A stretch of 64,000 nucleotides of DNA. Origin: an uncultured cyanobacterium (lineage in GTDB: Bacteria > Cyanobacteriota > Cyanobacteriia > Phormidesmidales > Phormidesmidaceae). This document shows, piece after piece, positions 30,169 through 39,556 of the stretch (the first letter of the stretch is position 1; every line of letters starts with the position of its first letter). The notes beneath the pieces are model-generated. The model ran no database searches and was not told the DNA's origin. It saw only the letters and a program-made list of their open reading frames with translations. A program made the position numbers and the translations under genes. The stretch covers positions 352,001 to 416,000 of the forward strand of contig CAWBZI010000001.1 in assembly GCA_963793265.1 (NCBI GenBank), written 5' to 3'.

Positions 30169-32979
30169 ATGAAACTAAGCGCTGGTAAAATCAACGAACT
30201 CCTGACCCAACCGGGCTGCGAGCACAACCATAAGAAAGACGGAAAAGGCAAGAACAAAGCTTGCCAACAAACGGCTCAGCCCGGTGCAGCTCAAGGCGGA
30301 TGTGCCTTTGATGGTGCGAGTATCGCGCTTGTCCCCATCACCGATGTCGCGCATTTGGTACATGGCCCAATCGCCTGCTCGGGCAACTCGTGGGGCAGCC
30401 GAGGCAGTTTGTCCTCTGGCCCGACGATTTACAAGATGGGCTTCACCACGAATTTGAGTGAGAACGACATCATCTTTGGCGGAGAGAAGAAGCTCTATAA
30501 GGCCATTCACGATGTTAAAGAGCGATACAGTCCAGCGGCTGTGTTTGTTTATCTCACCTGCGTGACGGCGCTGATAGGAGATGACATAGATGCCGTTTGT
30601 CAGGCGGCTAGCGAGAAGTTTGAGATTCCAGTGGTGCCGGTAACTTCTCCAGGATTTGTTGGCAGCAAAAACTTGGGAAACCGCATCGGTGGAGAGGCTC
30701 TGCTAGAGTATGTGGTGGGCACTCAAGAGCCTGACTATACGACGCCTTATGACATCAACTTGATTGGCGAATACAACATTGCTGGCGAGATGTGGGGCGT
30801 ATTACCGCTGCTAGAAAAGTTGGGCATTCGCGTTCTCTCTAAAATTACAGGCGACGCCCGCTATCAGGAAGTGGCTTACGCACATCGCGCTAAGCTCAAC
30901 GTGATGATCTGTTCTAAAGCGCTGATTAATATGGCGCACAAAATGGAAGCGCGCTATGGCATTCCCTATATTGAAGAATCGATCTACGGCGTAGAAGATG
31001 TGAACCGCCTGCTGCGAAATGTTGCCGCTAAGTTAGGCGATCGCAACCTACAGGCAAAAGTAGAAGACCTCATTAAGACTGAAACTGCCAAGCTCGATCT
31101 GGCACTTGCACCCTACCGACAGCGGCTGAAAGATAAGCGAATCGTACTTTATACTGGCGGCGTTAAGAGCTGGTCGATTATCTCTGCGGCCAAAGATTTG
31201 GGCATTAACGTTGTTGCAACCAGCTCGAAAAAGAGCACAGAAGAAGACAAAGCGCGAATCAGAAAGCTGCTAGGTAAAAATGGCATTATGATGGCCAAGG
31301 GCAACGCGAAGAAGCTGTTGGAGGTGATTGCCAAAACGAAAGCCGATATGCTGATTGCCGGTGGTCGCAACCAGTACACAGCCCTAAAAGCAAGAATTCC
31401 GTTTCTAGATATTAACCAGGAGCGCCATCATCCCTATGCAGGCTATGTCGGCATGGTGGAAATGGCCAAAGAGCTAGACGGTGCGCTGCATAGTCCCATT
31501 TGGGAGCAGGTGCGATCGCCCGCCCCCTGGCAGCCTACTGTGTCCAACACGGGGCCTACGCTCCGTCTAGGAGAGCATGCAGAAAGTGCGAGCCCGACAA
31601 AAGTCGTTGCTCGACGAAAATCGGTTACGGTCAATCCGCTCAAGCAAAGCCAGCCTCTCGGTGCAGCGCTTGCTTACTTGGGCATCAAAGGCATGATGCC
31701 GCTGATGCATGGCTCACAAGGCTGCACCGCTTTTGCCAAGGTCATGCTGGTGCGTCACTTCCGTGAGGCGATTCCCATTTCGACTACGGCCATGTCAGAA
31801 GTTACCACCATTCTGGGGGGCGAAGAGAATATAGAAACGGCGCTCCTTACCCTGCTAGAAAAGTCGAATCCAGCGATTGTTGGACTTTGCAGTACCGGGT
31901 TAACAGAGACTCGGGGTGACGATATGCGCGGGATTTTGAAAGAGTTGCGCGATCGCAATCCAAAAATTGCCGCACTCCCACTAGCCTACGCCTCAACCCC
32001 AGACTTTAAAGGCGCTTTGCAAGACGGCTATGCCACCGCTGTTGAAGCAATTGTTCGAGATATTCCAGGCAGCGACGCCGACCGTCAATTTGGCAGCGCA
32101 GAAGATACTTTTTACAGCTACGCAGCGCCAGGACTACCTTCTCAGGTCACGGTGCTCGCTGGCTCTGCGCTCGCTCCCGGCGACGTGCAGGCAGTTAAGG
32201 ATATGGTAAAAGCGTTCGGTCTCAATCCGGTTGTGCTGCCTGACTTGTCAGCGTCCCTCGATGGTCATCTCATTGACCAAAGCTATTCGGGCAACACCAG
32301 TGGCGGTACGCCGCTTAGCCAAATCAAAGCGCTTAGCGCCTCCGCCTTCACTTTTGCGGTTGGCCACAGTATGAAGCTCTCTGCCGAAATTTTGCAGCAG
32401 CGATTTGGCACTGAGTTCAAACTATTCGAAGATCTCACGGGTCTAGAAGCCGTCGATAGCTTCTTGCAGACACTCAGTGAAATTAGCAGCCGTCCTGTCC
32501 CTGAAGTATTCCGTCAGCAGCGACGTCAGCTACAAGATGCCATTCTCGACGCGCACTTCTTCTTTAATCGCAAGCGAGTGGCGCTAGCGCTAGAACCTGA
32601 TCTGTTACACAGCGTAGCCTGGTGGCTCGCCACTATGGGCGCAGAGATCCATACCGCTGTGACCACCACTAAGTCCACCGTGTTAAAAGACCTTCCGGTC
32701 GATAAGGTCACTCTTGGCGACTTAGAAGATTTTGAGGAATTCGCTCAGGGTGCGGACTTACTCATCGCCAACAGCAGTGCTAAGGCCCTGTCCAAGCGGC
32801 TAGGAATTCCGCTTTATCGAATGGGATTCCCCGTGTTCGACCGCTTGGGCAACGGCTCTCGCTGTAGCGTTGGCTACAACGGCACCAAGCAGCTTTTGTT
32901 CGATATCGGCAACATTTTTATGGAAGCTGATGAAACTCAGGCTCACGAGCAGGTTCACGCCTGGCGAGAGAATCTGTAG
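30169..32979 (+). CDS. nifEN: Fused NifEN FeMo-co scaffold
   Basis: NifE (GGCAFDGA, INQERHHPYAGY) continues in frame into NifN (VNPLKQSQPLGA, HGSQGC, PVFDRLG). Confidence 0.96.
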   Translation: MKLSAGKINELLTQPGCEHNHKKDGKGKNKACQQTAQPGAAQGGCAFDGASIALVPITDVAHLVHGPIACSGNSWGSRGSLSSGPTIYKMGFTTNLSENDIIFGGEKKLYKAIHDVKERYSPAAVFVYLTCVTALIGDDIDAVCQAASEKFEIPVVPVTSPGFVGSKNLGNRIGGEALLEYVVGTQEPDYTTPYDINLIGEYNIAGEMWGVLPLLEKLGIRVLSKITGDARYQEVAYAHRAKLNVMICSKALINMAHKMEARYGIPYIEESIYGVEDVNRLLRNVAAKLGDRNLQAKVEDLIKTETAKLDLALAPYRQRLKDKRIVLYTGGVKSWSIISAAKDLGINVVATSSKKSTEEDKARIRKLLGKNGIMMAKGNAKKLLEVIAKTKADMLIAGGRNQYTALKARIPFLDINQERHHPYAGYVGMVEMAKELDGALHSPIWEQVRSPAPWQPTVSNTGPTLRLGEHAESASPTKVVARRKSVTVNPLKQSQPLGAALAYLGIKGMMPLMHGSQGCTAFAKVMLVRHFREAIPISTTAMSEVTTILGGEENIETALLTLLEKSNPAIVGLCSTGLTETRGDDMRGILKELRDRNPKIAALPLAYASTPDFKGALQDGYATAVEAIVRDIPGSDADRQFGSAEDTFYSYAAPGLPSQVTVLAGSALAPGDVQAVKDMVKAFGLNPVVLPDLSASLDGHLIDQSYSGNTSGGTPLSQIKALSASAFTFAVGHSMKLSAEILQQRFGTEFKLFEDLTGLEAVDSFLQTLSEISSRPVPEVFRQQRRQLQDAILDAHFFFNRKRVALALEPDLLHSVAWWLATMGAEIHTAVTTTKSTVLKDLPVDKVTLGDLEDFEEFAQGADLLIANSSAKALSKRLGIPLYRMGFPVFDRLGNGSRCSVGYNGTKQLLFDIGNIFMEADETQAHEQVHAWRENL

Positions 32980-33041
32980 CGCCGCCCAAAAGACTGGCCG
33001 GAAGACTGGCCAAAAAACCTTTAGAAAAAGGAGACCCTCTG

Positions 33042-33485
33042 ATGAAAATTGCATTCACCACTAATGACTCTGTTCATATCAACGCTCACTTTGGCTCTGC
33101 CAAACAGATCGATGTCTATGAGGTCGATAACAACAGTTTTGTTTTCTTAGAGTCGCTGACCTTCGGCGGCAATCTCAATCAAGACGGCAACGAAGACAAG
33201 CTAGAGCCTAAGCTAAAAGCCCTTGCAGACTGCACGATTGTCTATGTGGTCGCTATCGGCGGCGGCGCAGCGGCGCGGCTGATCGGGCGCAATATTACGC
33301 CTATCAAGGCTCAGTCCGACACCGCCGAGATCCAAGATGTGCTAGCGCGCCTGGTACAAACGCTTAACGGTAGCCCGCCGCCTTGGTTGAGAAAGGCACT
33401 GTTGAAAAGTCAGCAGGCCCAATCCGTCTCTCTAGATAAGTTTGAAGATGAATTTGACACCGTTACGGAGGAAGTTTTGGTATGA
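33042..33485 (+). CDS. nifX: NifX
   Basis: MKIAFTT..INAHFGSA...PPPWLRKAL. Confidence 0.95.
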   Translation: MKIAFTTNDSVHINAHFGSAKQIDVYEVDNNSFVFLESLTFGGNLNQDGNEDKLEPKLKALADCTIVYVVAIGGGAAARLIGRNITPIKAQSDTAEIQDVLARLVQTLNGSPPPWLRKALLKSQQAQSVSLDKFEDEFDTVTEEVLV

Positions 33486-33958
33486 GTTCTGTTATTACGC
33501 CTGAATTAGAGGCCGCTCTGGTTATTGATCGCTCAGCCTTTCTCAAGGCTATTGTTCAGCAAATCCGTGCGAATGATGCCTATGGCACCTATCGCAACTG
33601 GGCTGACGAACTGTTGCTTAAGCCCTACATTCTCTCTAAAAAAGAGAAGCGGGCCATTTCAGTAGAAGGCGAGGTCGATCCGATTACGCTAGCTAGGATT
33701 TTGGCTTTTTACCGGGCGATCGCCATCTGCATTGAAACCGAAACTGGCCAGCTCTCCCAAGTCGTTGTCGATCTCAGTCACGAAGGCTTTGGCTGGGCGC
33801 TGGTCTTCTCGGGTCGTCTTATTCTTGTTTCCAAAACGCTAAGAGATGCCCAGCGCTTCGGCTTCACTTCCTTGGAAAAACTCAGCGCTGAAGGCGAAAA
33901 TCTGGTCAGTAAAGGCGTTGAGCTAGCTAAGCGTTTCCCTGAAGTTTGCGACGTTTAG
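33482..33958 (+). CDS. NifX-associated protein (DUF269)
   Basis: QIRANDAYG..., LSHEGFG, LRDAQRFGF. Confidence 0.9.
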   Translation: MSSVITPELEAALVIDRSAFLKAIVQQIRANDAYGTYRNWADELLLKPYILSKKEKRAISVEGEVDPITLARILAFYRAIAICIETETGQLSQVVVDLSHEGFGWALVFSGRLILVSKTLRDAQRFGFTSLEKLSAEGENLVSKGVELAKRFPEVCDV

Positions 33959-33963
33959 TGTAA

Positions 33964-34126
33964 GGATCAAGGATTTAATAAGCTCCACAACTTGCTGAGC
34001 CCTCATCCCCAACCCTTCTCCCAGTGGGAGAAGGGAGCCAGACTCAGAGCCCTCTCCCACTGGGAGAGGGACGGGGTGAGGGCAGCGGCGAACAAGCGAA
34101 TAGTCAAATTATTTAATTCCCGTTCC
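33964..34126. mobile_element. 163-bp MITE with ISAzo13-like ends, TAA target duplication and internal GC-rich hairpins
   Basis: taa[GGATCAAGGATTTAAT...ATTTAATTCCCGTTCC]taa; internal CCCTTCTCCCA.TGGGAGAAGGG and CCCTCTCCCA.TGGGAGAGGG. Confidence 0.8.
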
Positions 34127-34159
34127 TAAATGCCCATCGTGCTAATCACTTATAGTGCC

Positions 34160-34381
34160 ATGCTTCAAACTACCCAACCCACCGCTCTCGATACGCTCAA
34201 AAAGCAAGTAAGGCGTCTTAACAGCAAGGCAGGCCAGATGAAAATGGATCTCCATGACATTGCCGAAGGTCTGCCCACTGATTTAGAAAAGCTGCCCGAG
34301 GTAGCCGCTCAAACCTACGACATCTACTGCCAACTGCGCGATCTAAGACAACAGCTCAAAACACTGGAGGCCGCCCAATGA
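34160..34381 (+). CDS. CCE_0567/DUF683 family nif-associated protein
   Basis: LKKQVRRLNSKAGQMKMDLHDIAEGLP. Confidence 0.88.
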   Translation: MLQTTQPTALDTLKKQVRRLNSKAGQMKMDLHDIAEGLPTDLEKLPEVAAQTYDIYCQLRDLRQQLKTLEAAQ

Positions 34382-34698
34382 GTACACTACCCAAAACGCT
34401 ATCGCAGTTCAACCGACTCAAAGATGCTGAAGAATACTTTGCCTTCTTTGCACTGCCGTACGATCCCGAGGTTTTGAACATCAATCGTTTGCATATTCTC
34501 CAGAAGTTTTCTGAGATTGTTAAAAACGAAGAAAACACTCAGGATGAGGCGAAAACGCTGGCGGCCTACCGCCAAGCTCTACAAACCGCCTACGATCTGT
34601 TTACGACCTCTTCTTCGGTAGAGCAAAAGCTGTTCAAAGTCTTCAAAGACAGGCCCAAAAACGTTGTGATGGTATCCGATATCGCGGTGGAATCATGA
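34378..34698 (+). CDS. nifW: NifW
   Basis: DAEEYFAFFALPYDP..NINRLHILQKF...KLFKVF. Confidence 0.93.
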   Translation: MSTLPKTLSQFNRLKDAEEYFAFFALPYDPEVLNINRLHILQKFSEIVKNEENTQDEAKTLAAYRQALQTAYDLFTTSSSVEQKLFKVFKDRPKNVVMVSDIAVES

Positions 34699-35498
34699 CG
34701 TTATCTCCAGCCCCTTCTCTATCTCCTGATCTATCCCCCACCGAGGTCGAACGCTACCACCGACAGATGATGCTGCCAGGACTAGGCGAGGCCGGTCAAC
34801 AACACCTTAAAAATACGACGGCACTCGTCACGGGCGTCGGTGGGTTAGGTGGAACCGCAGCGCTCTATTTAGCCGTAGCAGGCGTTGGCCATCTCATCTT
34901 GGTGAGAGGCGGCGACCTTCAGCGGGACGATCTTAACCGACAGGTTTTGATGAGCGATGATTGGGTTGGTAAGCCCCGAGTGTTTAAAGCTCAAGACACG
35001 CTAAGGCGGATCAATCCCGATATTGAAGTCGAAGCCATCTGTGAATATGTCACTGACAACAACATCGATGCTCTTGTGCAGCGAGCCGATATCGCTCTAG
35101 ACTGCGCCTTTAATTTCAAAGAGAGAGATTTGCTCAACGCGGCTTGCGTACGGCATGGCAAGCCGATGATAGAGGCCGCCATGAATGGAATGGAAGCCTA
35201 TCTCACGACCATTGTCCCAGGAGAGACGCCTTGCCTGACCTGTCTCTTTCCCGAAAAGCCCGAATGGGATCGTTGGGGGTTTGGGGTGCTAGGAGCGGTG
35301 TCCGGTACGCTGGCCTGCCTCGCCGCTCTAGAGGCAATCAAGCTAATAACGGGTTTGGGCGACCCGCTGTTGGGTCAGCTCCTGACGATGGATCTCGCCC
35401 GCGCTGAATTTGCTAAGCGCCGTGCCTACCACGATCCTCACTGTGCCATCTGTGGTTCAGATAATAAATTCTCTCACTCACTGCTGAATTCCTTTTAA
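34695..35498 (+). CDS. hesA: HesA (MoeB/ThiF family)
   Basis: ERYHRQM, GVGGLGG, DDLNRQ, PCLTC, C-terminal CAIC. Confidence 0.93.
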   Translation: MTLSPAPSLSPDLSPTEVERYHRQMMLPGLGEAGQQHLKNTTALVTGVGGLGGTAALYLAVAGVGHLILVRGGDLQRDDLNRQVLMSDDWVGKPRVFKAQDTLRRINPDIEVEAICEYVTDNNIDALVQRADIALDCAFNFKERDLLNAACVRHGKPMIEAAMNGMEAYLTTIVPGETPCLTCLFPEKPEWDRWGFGVLGAVSGTLACLAALEAIKLITGLGDPLLGQLLTMDLARAEFAKRRAYHDPHCAICGSDNKFSHSLLNSF

Positions 35499-35502
35499 AC
35501 TT

Positions 35503-35838
35503 ATGTCCTTTACCACTTTCGCTCTTCTCAGTTTAGCCGTAGTTGCTTGGCGGTTTGCTCGCTCCCACAGCGACGTCGGCCGCATCCTGGCCAGTCTTTT
35601 AAGCGTGGTTTGTTTGGTCGTCGGCTTAGTCACGGCGTCCCCTTTAGTTAAAAGCTTAGTTCTGCTCAGCGTCCTTCTCTACCCTGTCGTTGTTGAAAAG
35701 CATCGACTGCTCTCACTGCCTGAACCTTGTTCGAAATATACCTGTCCCAAGTACGCTAGTTGTCCTCAAGATTTCGACTGTTCGCGCTACGTCCCCAAAT
35801 ATTCACTAGGAACTCTCCATGACCGTTACCATCACTGA
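35503..35838 (+). CDS. Hypothetical small membrane protein with Cys-rich tail
   Basis: Hydrophobic helices then CSKYTCPKYASCPQDFDC; fills the hesA-hesB gap. Confidence 0.65.
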   Translation: MSFTTFALLSLAVVAWRFARSHSDVGRILASLLSVVCLVVGLVTASPLVKSLVLLSVLLYPVVVEKHRLLSLPEPCSKYTCPKYASCPQDFDCSRYVPKYSLGTLHDRYHH

Positions 35839-36184
35839 ACTTGCTGAACTTCGGCTGCGCGCGTTTGTGCGCGGCACGCCAAACCCAACGCCTACCCGAG
35901 GCGTTCGCCTAGCTGTCAAAGACGGTGGCTGCAATGGCTACGAATACGATATCAAAATTGCTAACTCGCCTAATCCTGAGGACGAAGTGACCGAAGTTGG
36001 CAGCCTCAAAGTCTTTGTCGATCCCCAAAGCTCTCCTTTGCTAGAAGGCGTGGTGGTGGACTACATCGACAGTCTGCTAGAAAGTGGATTCAAATTTACG
36101 AATCCTAACGCGACCGATACCTGTGGCTGTGGGAAGTCTTTTCAGACAGAGGACTGCGGTTCACAAGGAGTGCCCTGTAGCTAA
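35819..36184 (+). CDS. hesB: HesB/IscA Fe-S carrier
   Basis: GGCNGYEY, NPNATDTCGCGKSF. Confidence 0.93.
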   Translation: MTVTITELAELRLRAFVRGTPNPTPTRGVRLAVKDGGCNGYEYDIKIANSPNPEDEVTEVGSLKVFVDPQSSPLLEGVVVDYIDSLLESGFKFTNPNATDTCGCGKSFQTEDCGSQGVPCS

Positions 36185-36237
36185 TCATTTTTGTCCGATA
36201 ATTTTTGTTCATCGTTAGAAAAACTAGGAGACTCATC

Positions 36238-36537
36238 ATGACGACTTACCAAGTTCGCCTAATCAACAAGAAGCGTAAAATTGATGTCACTATTCCGGTT
36301 GATGATGATGTGTATATCATCGACGCCGCAGAAGACAACGACATTGACCTACCCTATACCTGCCGGTCGGGTGCTTGCTCTAGCTGTGTTGGCAAAATAG
36401 TCGAAGGCGAAGTCGATCAAGAAGATCAGTCCTTTTTAGAGGACGAGCAAATTGCCAAAGGTTTTGCAGTTTTGTGCTCTAGCTATCCACGCTCAGATCT
36501 CACTATCAAAACGCACATGGAAGCGTATCTGATCTAG
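36238..36537 (+). CDS. fdxH: 2Fe-2S ferredoxin FdxH
   Basis: [33 protein letters not shown]. Confidence 0.9.
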   Translation: MTTYQVRLINKKRKIDVTIPVDDDVYIIDAAEDNDIDLPYTCRSGACSSCVGKIVEGEVDQEDQSFLEDEQIAKGFAVLCSSYPRSDLTIKTHMEAYLI

Positions 36538-36623
36538 GCGAACAAGCTTTCAATAGCTGACTGCTTAAACCGGTTAAATCATCGTCGTTTATCGTTCATA
36601 CCTAGCGAGGTTAAAGAGTTTTT

Positions 36624-36875
36624 GTGTTTACTGGATTCACGATATCTGGCGCTTCTCTTCAGCTACTCAACGTTGGAGAACGCGGCACCATTGCCCGAAT
36701 AAAAGATGCCGACCCTTCTGTTCAAGACAAAATCAGAAGGCTAGGACTATCACCTGGGGTGTCAATCACCATAGAACAGCGATTTCCTCGCTTTGTTGTG
36801 CGTACTTGCAACGGGTCTGCCGCACTTACTCAAGCGATGATTCGGGCCATTTACGTGCGCACCTACGCTACTTGA
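36624..36875 (+). CDS. feoA: FeoA domain protein
   Basis: LLNVGERGTI...LGLSPG..ITIEQRFP...IYV. Confidence 0.82.
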   Translation: MFTGFTISGASLQLLNVGERGTIARIKDADPSVQDKIRRLGLSPGVSITIEQRFPRFVVRTCNGSAALTQAMIRAIYVRTYAT

Positions 36876-36920
36876 ATTTGAGACAATAGAAGTAAAAAAG
36901 AAGTAAAAAGGAGAAAAATA

Positions 36921-37451
36921 ATGGCAAACATTGGCATTTTTTACGGCAGTACTTCTGGTGTTACAGAAGAGATTGCGGAGAAGATACGAGACGAAATAGG
37001 CGAAGACCTATGCGACCTGTACAGTATGGAAGAAGACTTTGACGATGTTGAAGATCTGCTGAAGTATGACTACTTACTACTCGGCTGCTCTACTTGGGGG
37101 GCTGGAGAAGTGCAAAACGACTGGCGCGAGCCTTTGTTTGATATGGAGATCGAGAAGCCTGACTTCTCGGGGAAAACGATCGCCTTATTCGGCGCTGGCG
37201 ACTGTACGGGGCATGGCAAACACTTTGTCGGTGCGCTAGGTACGCTCTACGAGCAGTTTAAGGCGTTAGGTGCCAAGCTAGTTGGTGCGGTTTCTGCCGA
37301 AGACTATTCCTTTGAAGCGTCCTCCTCAATTCGAGACGGTCAATTTGTTGGACTGCCGCTAGATGAGGTGAATGAAAGTGAAAAAACAGATCGGCGGATT
37401 GCCGATTGGCTAAACTTACTAAGCGCTGACTTTCCAGCGCTGGCCACCTAA
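36921..37451 (+). CDS. fldA: Long-chain flavodoxin
   Basis: IGIFYGSTSGVTE, STWGAGE, ALFGAGD, FVGLPLDE. Confidence 0.92.
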   Translation: MANIGIFYGSTSGVTEEIAEKIRDEIGEDLCDLYSMEEDFDDVEDLLKYDYLLLGCSTWGAGEVQNDWREPLFDMEIEKPDFSGKTIALFGAGDCTGHGKHFVGALGTLYEQFKALGAKLVGAVSAEDYSFEASSSIRDGQFVGLPLDEVNESEKTDRRIADWLNLLSADFPALAT

Positions 37452-37463
37452 CAGGACAGTCGC

Positions 37464-38123
37464 ATGACGCCTACGAATACTTCACCTGCTCAGACTAATC
37501 GGAGCCGCCCCCCGCACCATCCGTCATGGACAAACTACTACCAGGCGGTGGCAGGGCGTCCCCCGCGCGAAACGCTGATGGCAGCGCTTGAGGCTTTTGC
37601 CACAGAGCCGCTGCCATCGGCTACAGCTAGATTTGCGGTGGATTTGGGCTGCGGCAACGGGCGCGATACGGTGGAGCTACTTCGGCAAGGCTATCTGGTT
37701 CTGGCGATTGATGCAGAGCCTGAGGCGATCGCCCAGCTCAATCAGCGCTCAGATATTGATCCTGCTCGCTTAGAAACTCGAATACAATCCTTCGAGTCGT
37801 TGTCTTTACCGGTCAATGTCGATCTCATTAACGCCAGCTTCTGTCTTCCTTTTTGCCCACCAGAACAGTTTCCAACGCTGTGGCAAAAAATAGTCAGCGC
37901 ACTGCGACCCGGCGGACGATTTTGCGGACATTTGTTTGGCGATCGCGATACCTGGATAAAATATCCCAACCGCAGCCATCACACCCGAGCACAAGTTGAC
38001 GAACTGCTGAAGCCCTTTGATATAGAACTTCTAGATGAGGAAGAACATCCGGGTAAAACGGCGTTAGGAGAAGAAAAGTACTGGCATATTTTCAACATTG
38101 TGGCTCGGCGAAATGAAACCTAG
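37464..38123 (+). CDS. Class I SAM-dependent methyltransferase (TehB-like)
   Basis: VDLGCGNGRD, ALRPGG. Confidence 0.88.
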   Translation: MTPTNTSPAQTNRSRPPHHPSWTNYYQAVAGRPPRETLMAALEAFATEPLPSATARFAVDLGCGNGRDTVELLRQGYLVLAIDAEPEAIAQLNQRSDIDPARLETRIQSFESLSLPVNVDLINASFCLPFCPPEQFPTLWQKIVSALRPGGRFCGHLFGDRDTWIKYPNRSHHTRAQVDELLKPFDIELLDEEEHPGKTALGEEKYWHIFNIVARRNET

Positions 38124-38167
38124 CGAAATGAAACCTAGCGAAATAAAACCTAGCGAAACGAAACTTA
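38108..38167 (+). repeat. 15-bp tandem repeat GCGAAATGAAACCTA x4 over the MTase stop codon
   Basis: Units at 38108, 38123, 38138 and 38153. Confidence 0.88.
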
Positions 38168-38185
38168 AGAAGGAAGAGAGAGGCA

Positions 38186-39190
38186 ATGAAGGTTGCAAAA
38201 GACGTTACTCAACTCATTGGTCGTACCCCACTGGTGCAACTAAACCGAATTCCACAGTCGGAGGGCTGCCAATCTCAGATATTAGTCAAGTTAGAAGGCA
38301 TGAATCCTGCCGCGTCTGTAAAGGACAGAATCGGGGCTAATATGATTGACGCGGCAGAGCGCTCAGGTAGCCTAACCCCTGGCAAAACGGTCGTCGTAGA
38401 GCCGACTTCCGGCAACACTGGAATTGGCCTTGCCATGGTCGCAGCGGCAAAGGGCTATCGTCTCATTCTCACCATGCCCAAAACCATGAGCACCGAACGG
38501 CGAGCGATGCTCAAAGCCTACGGTGCGGAGCTGGTGCTAACGCCTGGGAATCAGGGTATGAAAGGGGCGATCGCCATGGCAGAAGAGATTGTCGCTCAAC
38601 TCCCCGATGCCTTTATGCCTCAACAGTTCAAAAATCCTGCAAACCCTCAAATTCATACGGAGACAACGGCAGAAGAGATTTGGGCCGACACCGATGGCGA
38701 AGTCGATATCCTGGTCGCAGGCGTGGGCACGGGCGGCACTATTACTGGAGTGGCCGAGCGGTTAAAGTCGCTGAAAGAGAGCTTTCAGGCCGTTGCCGTA
38801 GAACCTGAAAACAGCCCTGTTCTCTCGGGCGGCAGTTCAGGATCGCACAAGATTCAGGGCATTGGCGCGGGCTTTATTCCAGACATTCTAAATGTCGATC
38901 TGATTGATGAAGTCGTGCGCGTTACGGATGAAGCTGCCATCTCTTTCAGCCGCCGCCTGGCCCGAGAAGAAGGGCTTCTTTCTGGAATTTCTACGGGAGC
39001 AGCCCTTGCTGCCGCCATTCAAGTGGGCAAGCGGCCCGAAAACGCCGATAAACTCATTGTGATGATACAGCCTAGCTTTGGCGAGCGCTATCTCAGCACC
39101 GCCCTGTTTAAAGATCTTGAACCGGCGTCTCCTTCTTTGATACCCGACAGCTTACCACTCGACTATTTAGCCACTCATTCTGTTGTTTAG
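38186..39190 (+). CDS. cysK: Cysteine synthase A
   Basis: [39 protein letters not shown]. Confidence 0.97.
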   Translation: MKVAKDVTQLIGRTPLVQLNRIPQSEGCQSQILVKLEGMNPAASVKDRIGANMIDAAERSGSLTPGKTVVVEPTSGNTGIGLAMVAAAKGYRLILTMPKTMSTERRAMLKAYGAELVLTPGNQGMKGAIAMAEEIVAQLPDAFMPQQFKNPANPQIHTETTAEEIWADTDGEVDILVAGVGTGGTITGVAERLKSLKESFQAVAVEPENSPVLSGGSSGSHKIQGIGAGFIPDILNVDLIDEVVRVTDEAAISFSRRLAREEGLLSGISTGAALAAAIQVGKRPENADKLIVMIQPSFGERYLSTALFKDLEPASPSLIPDSLPLDYLATHSVV

Positions 39191-39217
39191 TATCAGCCGC
39201 TACCCGCCTAAAATCCT

Positions 39218-39508
39218 ATGACAAACCAATCTAAGACTTCTGAACATAAGACTTCTCAAAAGGATTCGCTTCAGTTTCGGCATATGAGGTTAATCGATCG
39301 ACTGCTGCAATGCCCAAATGGAGAAGAACCTGAGATTCTAAACAGCGAGCCTGAACTGCTCGACGAGTCGTTCGTGCGGGCACTTATGAAAGCTGCTAGC
39401 TACTTCGCCCATCATGACAATCCTGACTCGGCTAAGTTTCTCATCTTTATCGCTCGCGAACTCAGCCGTCAGCTTGGGCTGCATCCTGTAGACAAAGCAC
39501 CCTCCTAA
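39218..39508 (+). CDS. Hypothetical protein
   Basis: 96-aa ORF in operon position (LIDRLLQCPNGEEPEIL). Confidence 0.7.
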   Translation: MTNQSKTSEHKTSQKDSLQFRHMRLIDRLLQCPNGEEPEILNSEPELLDESFVRALMKAASYFAHHDNPDSAKFLIFIARELSRQLGLHPVDKAPS

Positions 39509-39556
39509 CTGGATGTACCCTCCTCGCGTTTTCGCCCAACTCACCCCCGCAAGGCT

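Noticed and set aside
34130..34159. ATG 34130 as start of the CCE_0567 gene
   Set aside because: Directly abuts the MITE target duplication; ATG 34160 fits the family better.
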